From assembly GCA_004431415.1 (NCBI GenBank), contig QPMI01000036.1:1-64000 (forward strand): a stretch of DNA of 64,000 bases, in the 5' to 3' direction. Numbering within the stretch: position 1 is the first letter of the stretch; every line of letters begins with the position of its first letter. Shown in pieces: positions 48,205 through 59,634 of this stretch. The notes below the pieces were generated by a model. That model worked only from the letters and a program-made list of their open reading frames with translations, did no database searches and was not told the DNA's origin. The DNA is from Cyanophora paradoxa CCMP329 (Eukaryota; Plantae; Glaucophyta). The position numbers and the translations under genes were made by a program.

Positions 48205-51200
48205 ATGGCGGAACCCCCTCGCGCGTCCTCTGTTTTTGGCTTCATCCGTGCCAGCGACGCTCCGCCGGCCTCCCTCCGACGCGCGCGCAGTGACCAGGTG
48301 AGCGCCCGATTCAGCGCCAACGTTAGCATACGCAGGGACCTGATCGGCCTTGCGCCCGCCACAGCTGTCCACCTTGCGTGAGATTGAGCTAGCCGAGGCC
48401 AAGAAGCGGCGGCACGAGTTTGTACAGAACCCCTACCACCGCGGTGAGCGCCCCGCCCCGTCAGCCGGTGGTATCGCCACTGAGGCCGCCCGTGCAGAGC
48501 TCAGCGCTTCAGAGGTCGCGCTCCGGAACCGCCAGCTGAGGAATGCCGCGCTTCACAGGAAGACGCGCCTCGGTGCCCTCGGGCTGAGGCTACCGCTCGC
48601 GGCACACTGACGCCCGTGAACAGCGTACATGTCCACGACGATGGATCTGCTGGACCAAACGGACGTCGTGAAGCGGCTCCCGCCCGCCGCGGGCAGGCCA
48701 CCGCGCGGTGCGCGCCCCGCCCGTCGCCGCCCCTGCGCGCGCCAAAGAGCCGAAGCAGCGCCGCGTGCGGAGGGGCCGCCGGCCGCGGGCGCGGGGCGGG
48801 AGCACTTCAACACGGTGCTGCTCTCGGACGTGCGCTCGGAAGCCGATAGCGAGGATGAAGAGGCGGGGGACGAGGAGGGCAAGCTTCCGCCAAAAGGCCG
48901 CTCGCTTAGCGCGCCCGGCGAGCTGAAGGCGCTGCGGGGGCCCGCGGAGGCTGGCCCCCTCGTGGCCGGCGCGGGGGTCGAGATCGCCGCGCTCGAACGC
49001 GTGCGCGCTGCATGGTGCTGCGGCGCGGGCGGCGCCTGATGCGGGGGCAGCTGGGCCAGAAGCTCGACCTCGTGAACGCCAGGCGCATCGTGCCGGTCTC
49101 GTACGGCGCCATGGACGGCCCGCCCGCCCCGCCCCGCCCCGCCCCGCGCCTGCCTGAGGGTCTCGCAGAGCTGATGAGCGAGGCCCGCCTCTCCTTCCCT
49201 TCCTTCGAGGCCGCCCTTCGCGCCGTCCGCGCCCCGCCCGCTCTTCCGCGCCGCCGCGCGCCCGACGATCGCGGCAGCTGCGCGCGCACTGCGGCTGCGA
49301 GGAGCACGTGGTGCCGATCGAGGCGCAGTGGGCACGCTACGAGGGCGCGTCGCGGCATCGCTCACCTCGCTCTCCCCGCCGCTGAGGCAGCGCAGGGCTC
49401 TTCGAGCGGCTTGCGGCCGTCGCGCACGCTTCCTGCGAGCGGGCCAACGACGCCGTCGCGCGCGGTCAGCCGCGCCCCCCGCCCCGGCCGGCGCCGCGCC
49501 CGGGCGACCCCGCGCAGCGCGGCGGAGGCGCAAGGAGGCGGAGGCGGCGGTGGGGCGGTGCGGGAGGCCGCCCTTGCCGCAGAGGGTCGCGCGCGCGATT
49601 TCGAGGGCGAGGTCGCCCGCCTCCGCGCCGAAGTCTCCCGCGCCGCCGCTGCCGCCGAGCGGTCCGGCCCAGAGCGCCCGGGGCCTGCGCGCGCCCCGCC
49701 GAGGCCCGCCGCAGGGCGGAGGCGGCGGCGCGGGACGGGCAGCGTGCGGGGGAGGAGGCGGCACGGGCGGCGCGGGAGGAGGTGGCGCAGCTGCGGGCGG
49801 AGAACGAGGCCCTCAAGCGCCTCGCATACTCGAACTGTGCGCCGCCGCCCCGGACCCGCCCGCCTCCTGACGCCCCGCAGCGTTTGCCCAGTGGCGCCGC
49901 GAGCGGGAAGAGGCGGGCCTCGCGCGGCCCCCAAGCTCCTATCTCCCCGACAACGCGCGCCCTCTTGCCAGCCCTTCCCGCTGCGCACCTGACGGGATGC
50001 GCGCAGCGGGTGCTGCCGCCGCCGGTAGTGCCGCCGGCGGGCCCTCCGAGCACCCTCGTCAACGTCCGCAACCGCCGCACGGGTGCGCCCTCCGGCGGCC
50101 GGCGGCGATCGGCGGCCGAACGTGGCGCAGTGACGCGGCGCGTGAAGAAGAGGCGGCCGCCGCCGGCACCGCAGACGCGGGAGAACGTCGCCTTCTTCCT
50201 CACGCAGGACAAGGAGCAAGCGGCGGAGGCGGAGGAGGAGTGGACGGAGGAGGAGGTGGAGGAGGAGGTCGTCGAGGACCTCCTCGAGCAGCGGCCCGCG
50301 CAGGCCGGCCCCCGCGGCCCCGGCCGCGAGCCTCCGCGCCCCGACACCGTCCGCGGCCCCTCCCGGCACCCCGCCCCCGCCTGGCGAGCGGGGCCGCAGG
50401 AGGGCCCGTCGTCGACAGACATGCACCGGGCGGCGCTGTCGATGAAGAACCGGTTCGCGGAGGAGCGGGAGGCGGCGGGGCGGGAGGAGGGGCGGGGCGA
50501 GCGGGCGGCAGCGGAGCGAGAGCTCCTCGAGATCCTCGCGAAGGACGAGACCGCCTTCGACGCAGCGCGCGCACTCCGCGAGTTCGACCCTGTGCGCCCC
50601 GCCCGCCCCGCCCCGCCCCGCACCGGCCCCGGCACGAGCGCCGCGCAGGAGACGCTGGAGGCGCTGCGGGCGTCGCGGGCGCGCGCCGGGTGCGACTCGG
50701 ACCATCCCGGGTCGCTCTGAGCCGTGCCGACGGAGAAGTGCGCAGGGACGTCCCCGAGCAGCAGACGCTCGAAGTGGCAGTCCAGGAATCCGAGGAGGCC
50801 CTTGATGCCCTCGGGGCCGCCGAGGGGTACGCCTAGGCCTGTCTAAAGCCAAAGAGCCAGTCGAGGCAAGAGGGGGCTTAGGCTTTCCCCTTTTGCCTGG
50901 ACGCAAAGGCCTGGAGTGTTGATGCCATCGCCGCAGCGAGCGGGAGGAGCTGCTGAAGACGACGGCCATCCTCGTCCGGGGCCTCAGCCAGCACGAGTCC
51001 CTGCAGCGCTACGGCCGCCTCGCGGAGACGCTCCTCAAGCTTAAAGCGCAGCTGGCCGAGAAGGCGGCGCAGCTGGCGGAGCGGGCCGCCGAGCTCGATT
51101 TCCGCAGCCGGGCCCCCAAGGACATCGAGGGCCTGATCGCGTGGAAGCGCTCGCGGAAGGAGCGCGCCGCCGCGGGCCACGGGGCCCACGGCGAGCACGA

Positions 51201-53011
51201 CGGCGAGGGCCGCCCCGCCCCGCCCCCGGCCCCCGACGGCCTGCAGCGCATGCTCGAGGTGCCGCCGCCGCGGCCCCGCGCCGGGTTCGCGCCGCCGAAC
51301 CCCCCGCAGACCATCCGCTCGACAACGGAGGCGGAGGCGCTCGCCGCAGAGGCCGCCGCCGCCGCAGCAGCCGGCGAGGAGGAGGAGGAGGCCGCCGCGC
51401 AGGCCGAGGCCGCCGACGCCCCCCCGGCGCCGAGGCGGCTGAGGAGGCGGCCTCTCCGCCTTTTCCCGACGAGCAACAGCCGGAGCAGGGCGGGGCCGGC
51501 GAGGGCGCGGCGGGCGGGGAGGCGGCGGCGGGGCCGGAGGCGGGGTCGGGGCCGGGGTCGGCGCGCGGGCCCCTCGTGGAGGCGGGCGTGCAGACGGAGG
51601 AAGAGGGTGTGGAGGCGCTGGCGGCGGAGCGGGAGAAGTCGCTTCGGCGAGTGGAGGAAGTGGTCATCAAAGCGGCGCACCTCCTCCGCAAGGGCTTCAA
51701 GATGAAGGAGAAGGACGCGAGTGCGCGGGGCGGGGCGGGGCGCGTGGCGGGGCCTGAGGCGGGCCGGCAGAGGAGAAGGCGAAGCCGGTTGCGGTGCTGG
51801 CCCTCGTCGACGACGTGTACGCCGCCAAGCTCGTGCGCCGTCCCGTCCGCCCCCCGCCCGCCCCGCCGAGCGCCCCGCCAGGCGGAGGACCGCAAGGCGG
51901 GGCGCGGCCGCCGCGTTCCCCTGGCGGACTTCCTCCTGGAGCACCTGACGGCGACGTACGGGCTGCGACCGATGGCTGAGAAGCAGTTCCTCATGGTGCT
52001 AGCGACGGTCATCGCCATGGGGGACCAGTCCCCCAAGATCGCCCAGTTCGGCCGCATGCTCAAGGGCTACAGCCAGCCCGCACAGGACTTCTTCCTGTCC
52101 GCCCGCGCCCCCGCGCCCTCGCCCCCGCGCCCTCCCACCGAGGGCCTCCCCTAACGCCCCGCAGCGAGGCGTACGAGTTCCTGCGGGGCCCCGCGGCGAG
52201 CGTCGGGCCGCCCCTGCCCGCCGGCGACGGCGACGTCGACTGGGCGCCCCTCTCGGTCCGCCCGCCGCGAGCGTTCCCGCGAGCCGCCCCTCCCGATGCG
52301 CTCGGCAGCGGCTGGAGCACACCGTGCGGGCGTTCTTCTCGTATCTCAGCATGGAGACGGTGCAGCACATCCTGGCGGAGGTGCGGGCTCACGCAGTCCC
52401 GATCACGCCCGAGGAGAAGAAGGCCGCCAAGCACCCGGCGCTGGCCTCCGAGACGCACAAGGCGGACGCGCATGCCTTCCTCGGCACCATCGTCGGCCAC
52501 TGGGCGGAGGAGAACGAGCGGCGGCGCAAGTGGCTCCAGCAGCTTTTCCGGGAGGGGGACCTCAACCGCGACGGGGTGCTGCAGTACGGCGAGTTCCGCG
52601 ACATCGTGCGCCGCGTCGACCCGCAGGCCGACGAGCGTGCGCAACCGGCCTCCGTCGCTTTTTCAACATTGAGCCCGGAGTGTGTGCTTGTTTGGATTTC
52701 TCAAACGTGCGCGCAGGTTCTCTACAGCGGCTGTTTGCCGATGCCACCGCGATTCCCGAGGAGCGCTTCGCGGACATCATGCAACGCCTTGGCTTGCTCG
52801 CCTGGAGGCGTTCTGCCGCGGCGGCGGCCCCCGCCGCCGCTTCCCCGCCCCCTGCTCCCGCCGTCTCAAGAAGCCCCGGCGCGTCGCCCCCTCGCAGCCC
52901 TGTCAAGGTCCAACCCCGCCCCCTCTTTCCGCCACCGCCGCCGATTCCAATTTCTTACTCCTTGCGTCCCCATCTACCATCGCGATCGGCCCGCAGGACA
53001 CAAGGAAGTAG
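48205..53011 (+). CDS. Large coiled-coil / EF-hand protein (C-terminal part reminiscent of TSNAXIP1-like flagellate proteins); may be two genes
   Basis: LVDDVYAAKL..PLADFLLEHLTATYGLRPMAEKQF..IAQFGRML; EF-hand LFREGDLNRDGVLQYGEFRDIV. Confidence 0.55.
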
Positions 53012-53230
53012 GACGGAGGTCACTCTCGTCGTTCAAATGTACATGTACGGATTCATACTCCCCGTGTCCCACCCGTCCCGCCTCCCGCACGCTCTCGCTC
53101 ATCATTGCTGTTCATTGAAGAAACAAGAGCACATGCAGGACGGTAGCCGGGCTGATGATGGGGGGGGGGGGGGGGGGGGGGGGGTGTTGGATGGGCTGGA
53201 CGAGGCTGGCTAGAGAGGGGGTGTGGTGTG

Positions 53231-54042
53231 CTATCGCAGGCTGTACAAAATAAGGAAAAGAAGACAGGCGCCGATGACAGAGAAAATGACGAGGCGATCC
53301 TTCTTGCTCTTGCGATTTATGGCCCCTAGGGAAAAGGAAAAATGAGAGTGTTGAAGAATTGTGGGAGAACAACGGGCAGCACGGCGCACCGATGATGGAG
53401 CCGATGGCAGGAAACCGCTGACCAACGCTCGTGAGGCGCGAGTACGCTCTGTTGAGGAGGTCCCGCTGCTGGGCGAGATTGTCCCGCGCCTGCAGGGCCT
53501 GAGCGACGATGCCGTCGGCTACGCGGTCGGCGTTCCCGATCGTGCTCCGCTCGCGGAGAAGGGAGTCCACGTTCGCGCTCCCACTTTGCTTGTAGGACCC
53601 ATCCTCGTTCCTTGCATGAACGTGGCTCATCAGCTGCGCGTGCTGTGTGTACATATTGATGTTCGCCTTCGTCTTCTTGAACTCCTGTGTGTAGTCGTAC
53701 AGAATCTCTCGATGTCGCTGAAGCATATGCATCATCGAAGCGCTGAGCGCAGGGCTAGCTGCGGAGACGCATCGGCTCATCGCCTCGTTAACCTGAACGG
53801 GACCCGGAGCGGTCGGCGCACGCGAAGGTGTGCGAGAAGACCACTCTACTCACTTCTGATAGCCTGCTGAGAAGCTGGTCGATCTCCGCCGCTCGGGAGC
53901 TAGAAATCTGGTCGAGGTCGGCTGGACGGCCCGAGGCGCCTGTGCCATGCTTTGCGAAAGCTGAAAGCTTCTCATCGATGTCATTCTCCAGCCGCCGCGC
54001 GTCCTTTCTCAGCCCTTCCCACACGACGGCCGGATCTGACAT
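53231..54042 (-). CDS. GOSR1: Golgi SNAP receptor complex member 1 (Qb-SNARE GOS1/GOS28)
   Basis: WEGLRKDARRLENDIDEKLSAF...LQRHREILYDYTQEFKKTK...LLRER...RFPAIGSIIG|AINRKSKKDRLVIFSVIGACLLFLILY (C-terminal TM). Confidence 0.93.
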
Positions 54043-54226
54043 ACCAACGCCAGAAATCGACCGGGTGAAAGCTGGAGAAGGATCGTACACGGACGAGTGC
54101 TCAACAGCTCGAGCTCGCATGCAGCTGCCGGGTAAACCGGGGCTTTCGGCGTCGTGTACGTATACCCCCAACTGCAAAACGTTGCGGGCCCCCACGCCGC
54201 CCTGCAGGCCGTACCGCCTTGCTGCG

Positions 54227-56954
54227 ATGGCTTCGCGCACAAATTTTATCGACCTGAGCGGCGACGGCGAGGATGACGAAGCGCTGGCGCGGCGGCTGCA
54301 GGCCGACGAGAATGGGGGCGAGGCGGCGGCGGGAGGGCCGTCTGCCATTTGCAATGAAGACGAGGCGCTGGCACGCCAGCTGCAGGAGGAGGAGGAGCGC
54401 GAGGAGCGCGAGCGACAGGAGCGCGAACGCGAGGAGCTGCACTCGTTTTTGGAGCGCGAGGAGCGCGAGCGGCTTGAGCGCGAGTCCGGCCTCACCCGCT
54501 GCACTTTGTGCCACCGAGACGTGCAATTGAACGAGATGCATTGGATAGAGGCCTGCCCGCACCGCTTTTGTCGGAGTGCGCTTGGGCCGCATCCCTGCAG
54601 TTCGGTTTTGGCCGCCTGACCGCGCGTGAGCAGCCTGTCTCCACGGCCACATCACTGAGCACTTCCAGGTTCGCATGCCTGCGCCGTCGCCGTGTCTACT
54701 CGAGCCCTGTCGCAGCGACGAGTGTACACGGGAATCAAGTGTCCCCAGCATGATTGCTACAAGCCTATTCAAGTCTCGGACCTGCGGGAGCTTCTCAGCG
54801 ACGACGAGTATCAGCGCTTCCAGGATGCCAGTCTCGAACACCTCGTGTCGTCCTCGTGCGTGGACTCGTGCAAGCTCTCGATTCGGCGGCTCCGAACCAA
54901 TCGCAGGGACCAATACGTGAAGTGTCCGGGACCGAACTGCAGTGCCATCATCGAAAAGCGCGCAGTCTCGTCTGCGACAAGAGCCGCTACGATAACTGAA
55001 CCGCACGCGCAGACTGGGCGCTCGCGGTGACCGGGTCGCCGCTTCCGTGTCCCTCTCGTTCTCTGAGCCCCGGGCGGTGAGCCTCCATGTCGGCCGCGGC
55101 TGGAGAACTTCACGTGGGCATGAATAGCAGCGGCAGGGGCAAGGCGGCAGCAGCTCCAGGGCGGACGAGGCAGAGCGCGACAAGGCACTGAAGCGATTTC
55201 GCTGCCAGGCGTGCAGCACAGAATTCTGCGCGGAGTGCAAGGCCGTTCCGTACCACGAAGGCTACACCTGCACCGCGGTTCCGTGTCGCTCGCTTGTGGC
55301 GTCCTGCGCAGCTGTTGAGCTGCCCGCAGTACGAGGAGTATCTGGGCGCTCGGCACTGCCGCTACTGCCAAGCACCTATCCCGGACCCCGATGCAGCTCG
55401 CTCCCCCTCATCCAAGGCGCGTTTCTCTCGCGTCCTCTACCCCCCCCCTCCCCCCCTCCCCTCCCCCCCCCCTCCCCCTCCCCCTCCCCTCCCGCCCTTA
55501 CAGCGGGAGAGTGCAGGCAGCGGGATCGGGCCGGCGGCGGAGACGGACGGAGAACGTGGTGGAGGTGTGCGGCTCACAGGAGTGCCGCGAGAAGCAGAAG
55601 CAGAGCTGCACGGCCGTCCTCCGGTAAGCCGAGCCCGCCCGGTGCCGCCTCGCGAGGAAGCGAGAGGGCGGCAGCTGCGGGCACCCTTGCCTGGGCATCG
55701 CCGGGGAGGAGGAGCACCTGGCGTGTCTGGAGAGCGGGTGCGGGGCTGCGCGCGGCATCTCAACGGGGCCGGCGGGGGCGAACGCGGCGGACGTGGCCTT
55801 CCCGCCCCCCGGGGGCGCCCTCGTGGAGGCTCAGGCCGGCCCCTCGTCGGGCCCCGCGAGGGCGGCGCAGGGCGGGCAGACGGCGGACGACTTCTGCGCC
55901 GTGTGCTACGTCGATACGCTGAAGCAGGCGCCCTGCATCCGCCTTGCGTGCGGCCACGTCCTCCATTATTCCTGCGCCCGCAGCCGCCTTGCCTCCCGCT
56001 GGCCCGGTGCCCTGCCCCCCCCGCGCCCCCCGGCGCCGGCCTGTCTCTGAGGGGCGGCAGGCGTGCGGGTGACGTTCGCGTTCTGGAACTGCCCGCTGTG
56101 CAACCGGGGCCCGATGGAGCACGGGGCGCTGGAGGAGCTGCTGGGCCCGCTGCGGGAGATGCACGCGGAGCTGGTGAACAAGGCCGTGCAGCGCCTCGAG
56201 GCCGAGGGGATGGCCCGCGACCCTGCCCTCACCGACCCCGCCTCCCGCTTCCACAACGACCGCCCCGCCTACGCCCTCCACCGCTTCTCCTACTACCCCT
56301 GCAGGCACCCCCGGCCCCCACCGGCGCGCCCCTCGGCATCTCACGCGCCCCGCAGCCTCTGCAAGCGCCCCTACTTCGCTGGCAAGGCGAACTGCGAAGG
56401 GGCCGCCCAGGCCGAGGTGAAGGCCTCGTGCGCCGGGCGGGAGGGGTGCGGGCCGTCGAGGCGTGGCGCGCAGGTGGAGCTCATGGTTGACGAGGAGAAG
56501 CGGAAGGACCTCATCTGCGGGCCCTGCTCCAGCAAGCGCGCCCGATCGCCCCTCCCGCCCCCCTGCGCCCTCTCAAGGTCCCCCGCAGCCCCGCCGACAA
56601 CTGCCCGAAGCACGGCCGCGACTACATTGAGTACAAGTGCAAGTTCTGCTGCTCGGTCTGAACAGCACGCCTAGCCGCTCCCCGCCCCGCCTGCACCGAG
56701 CCCCGCCCAGGTTGCGGCCTGGTTCTGTTGGGGCACCACCCACTTCTGCGACTCGTGTCACAAGGCCCGCCCCCCAGCCTGCGAGAGCGAGCGTGGCCTC
56801 ACCCTTGCGGCAGGTGGCCGCGACGATCGTGCGGCAGCCCATCGAGACGCTTCCAGCCTGCACCTGCCCGAGGGGCAGCCGCCCCCACCCCCCGAACGGC
56901 ACTGCCGAGTTCTGCGCCGGCTGCTCCCTCTGCCGCATTCTCGGCTCGTTCTAG
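54227..56954 (+). CDS. E3 ubiquitin ligase: UIM-like repeats + RING1-IBR + MYCBP2/Highwire-type RING-Cys-relay domain
   Basis: DEALARRLQ/DEALARQLQ; CTLC..CPHRFC..IKCPQHDC; YVKCPGPNC..FRCQAC..FCAEC..PYHEGYTC; ADDFCAVC..APCIRLACGHVLH..RWPG.RVTFAFWNCPLC..YYPC..PYFAGKANC..CPKHG..EYKCKFCCS.AAWFCWGTTHFCDSCH..HPPNG.EFC.GC..CR. Confidence 0.85.
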
Positions 56955-57462
56955 CGAGATAGACTATTGATACCGATAACAGCGTAACTTGAAGCAGCTG
57001 TTGCCCCGCTGGAAAACTGTGCTGGGAGCTCGCGGGCAGATGAATTCGAACTCGCAGCTCAGGCCGGCGCCGGCGGCACCTTGGCAATATAGCTAGCGCT
57101 AGCTAGACTCTGCTGAGATAGCCAAGCCTGGTTGCCTAGCGCTAGCTTGCGACGCTAACGAGCTGTCCGCGGCCGAAGTGCGCCGCGGCGCTACCACAAC
57201 TTGCAACTTTTTTGGCAACTTGGCAAGCGTGCAAATGCAATGTACATGCACTGCGCCGCAGCGCCGGCCGCGCGCGCCCGCCGAGCCGGCCGTCAAAACG
57301 TTGCAGTGCCCAACTGAGCCCACCACTGCGCCAGGCCAGCGCACGCATGATACTAGTACCTGCAGCTGCTCCGGCCGTCCGAAGTCGACGGTCCGACGGT
57401 CCGAATGCACAATTGTGGACTACCCCCCGGGCCCACAATATCAGGCGGTCATCAGGCGCAAG

Positions 57463-59206
57463 ATGAACAGCACAGCGTTCGCCGTCGCGGCGCCTGTCGC
57501 CCAGCCGACTCGTGGCGTGAATGTCGCGAGCCTGTCGCGCCGCCAGTTCGCCGGCCGGAAGGTCGGAACGCGTGGGTTCATGGGGGCGAAGATGAGTGTC
57601 AAGGCGGCCCCGCGGGTGCGTTCTTCCTGCATAATTAGCGTTTCATAGCATTTCTGTTCAGGGCGGGGGCGCTCCCGCCGCGCGCGTGCGCTGGACTAAT
57701 ATCTTCTATCATGTGCAGACGTTCAACGTGGACACCACGACCGAGGCTAAGCTGCGCGTTGCGATTGTTGGCGGCGGTCCGGCTGGTTCTTGCGCGGCCG
57801 ACGTGCTGGCGAAGGCGGGCATCGAGACCTATCTGTTCGAGCGCAAGCTCGACAACGCCAAGCCCTGCGGCGGCGCTATCCCGCTCTGCATGGTTTCGGA
57901 GTTCGACCTGCCGGAGTCTATCATTGACCGCAAGGTCACGCGCATGAAGATGATCTCGCCCTCGAACGTCGAGGTCGACATCGGCCAGACTCTGAAGCCG
58001 AACGAGTACATCGGCATGACCCGCCGCGAGGTCCTCGACGGCTTCCTTCGCGAGCGCGCCGAGAAGAACGGTGTGCCCGCGGGCCCTGCCGCCGCCTCCG
58101 ACCTTGCCGCTGAACGTCCTTGCAGGGACCAAGGTGATCAACGGCCTGTTCCTCAGCATGGACAAGCCGAAGAGCGGCGACGGCGCGTACACTCTCCATT
58201 TCACTGACTACAGCAACGGCATCAAGGGCGAGCCGAACAGCATCGACGTTGACATGGTCATCGGTGCCGATGGTGCCAACTCCCGCGTGGCAAAGGAGAT
58301 CGACGCTGGCGACTACGAGTACGCGATGGCTTTCCAGGAGCGCATCCGTCTCCCGAAGGACAAGATGGAGTTCTACGAGAACCTTGCCGAGATGTGCGCG
58401 GGCAACTCGAGCTCGCTCCTTTTAATTCCTCTCTGACGTGCGCTGTAGGTACGTCGGCGACGACGTCTCCCCCGACTTCTATGCCTGGGTTTTCCCCAAG
58501 GTTCCCACCCAACCCGCGGCGAAACGCTGCCCGGCTGCTGACTGTTCTCCCTGCAGTACGACCACGTGGCCGTCGGAACCGGCACCGTAGTGAACCGCCC
58601 TGGAATCAAGGGCTACCAGACCGCGATCCGCGAGCGTGCGGCCCGCAAGCTGGAGGGCGGCGAGCTGATCAAGGTCGAGGCGCACCCCATCCCGGAGCAC
58701 CCGCGCCCCCGCCGCGTTGTTGACCGCGTGGCGCTCGTCGGTGCGCCGCGTACGGAAGTGCTATGCATATCCGCTCTGATGCGCGGGCTCCAGGCGACGC
58801 TGCGGGCTACGTGACCAAGTGCTCTGGCGAGGGCATCTACTTCGCGGCGAAGTCGGGCCGCATGTGCGCCGAGGCGATCGTGGAGACGAGCAAGAACGGC
58901 GAGCGCGTGCCCACCGAGGCCGAGCTCAAGTCGACCTACCTGCGGCGGTGGGACCAGAAGTACTGGGCCACCTACAAGGTGCTGGACATCCTGCAGGCCG
59001 TCTTCTACCGCTCGAACCCGGCGCGCGAGGCGTTCGTCGAGCTCTGCGCGGACGAGTACGTGCAGAAGATGACCTTCGACTCGTACCTCTACAAGACCGT
59101 CGTCCCGGGCAACCCCATCTCCGACTTCAAGCTCCTCGTCAACACCGTCGGCTCCCTCCTCCGCGGCAACGCCCTCGCCCCGGAGACCGCCGCCCCGCCC
59201 GCGTAA
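57463..59206 (+). CDS. chlP: Geranylgeranyl diphosphate reductase, plastid-targeted
   Basis: Transit peptide MNSTAFAVAAP...; LRVAIVGGGPAG...ERKLDNAKPCGGAIPLCMV...GDAAGYVTKCSGEGIYFAAKSGRMCAE. Confidence 0.98.
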
Positions 59207-59634
59207 ACCGCTTCCCGCCGCTTTCCCCCGCCCTGCCCCTCCCCTCCCCTAGCATTTCAAGCCCCTTTTTTCAGCTGCAGACCGCAGGCCCCGCAGCCTC
59301 TCCCCGTTCCTGATGTAGTTCCGTGGCCTTCAGTCCCGAGAGGCCGCTTCCCTTATAGATACTGTACTAGATGCTAGATGCATAATGAGCAAACACAAAA
59401 TGTACTTCGCCAGTTCATCAATGCATGCACGTGCTCAGAGGCTGGCACTAGCTAACGGTGCAATTTATAAATGAAGGTCACACCGGGTAGTGGCGATCGA
59501 TGCAACGCAATTGCAAGGTATGTCGAGCATTCGGACACTTGAACACCGACGGCAGTTGTATTCTACAGGTACTACGCTAGCAAAGAAAGATCATGCCTGG
59601 GACGACACGGTGCGGCCGACGACACGGGACCACC

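Noticed and set aside
48553-52370. Long antisense and overlapping ORFs
   Set aside because: They are expected from very high GC content opposite a real gene and have no recognisable domains.
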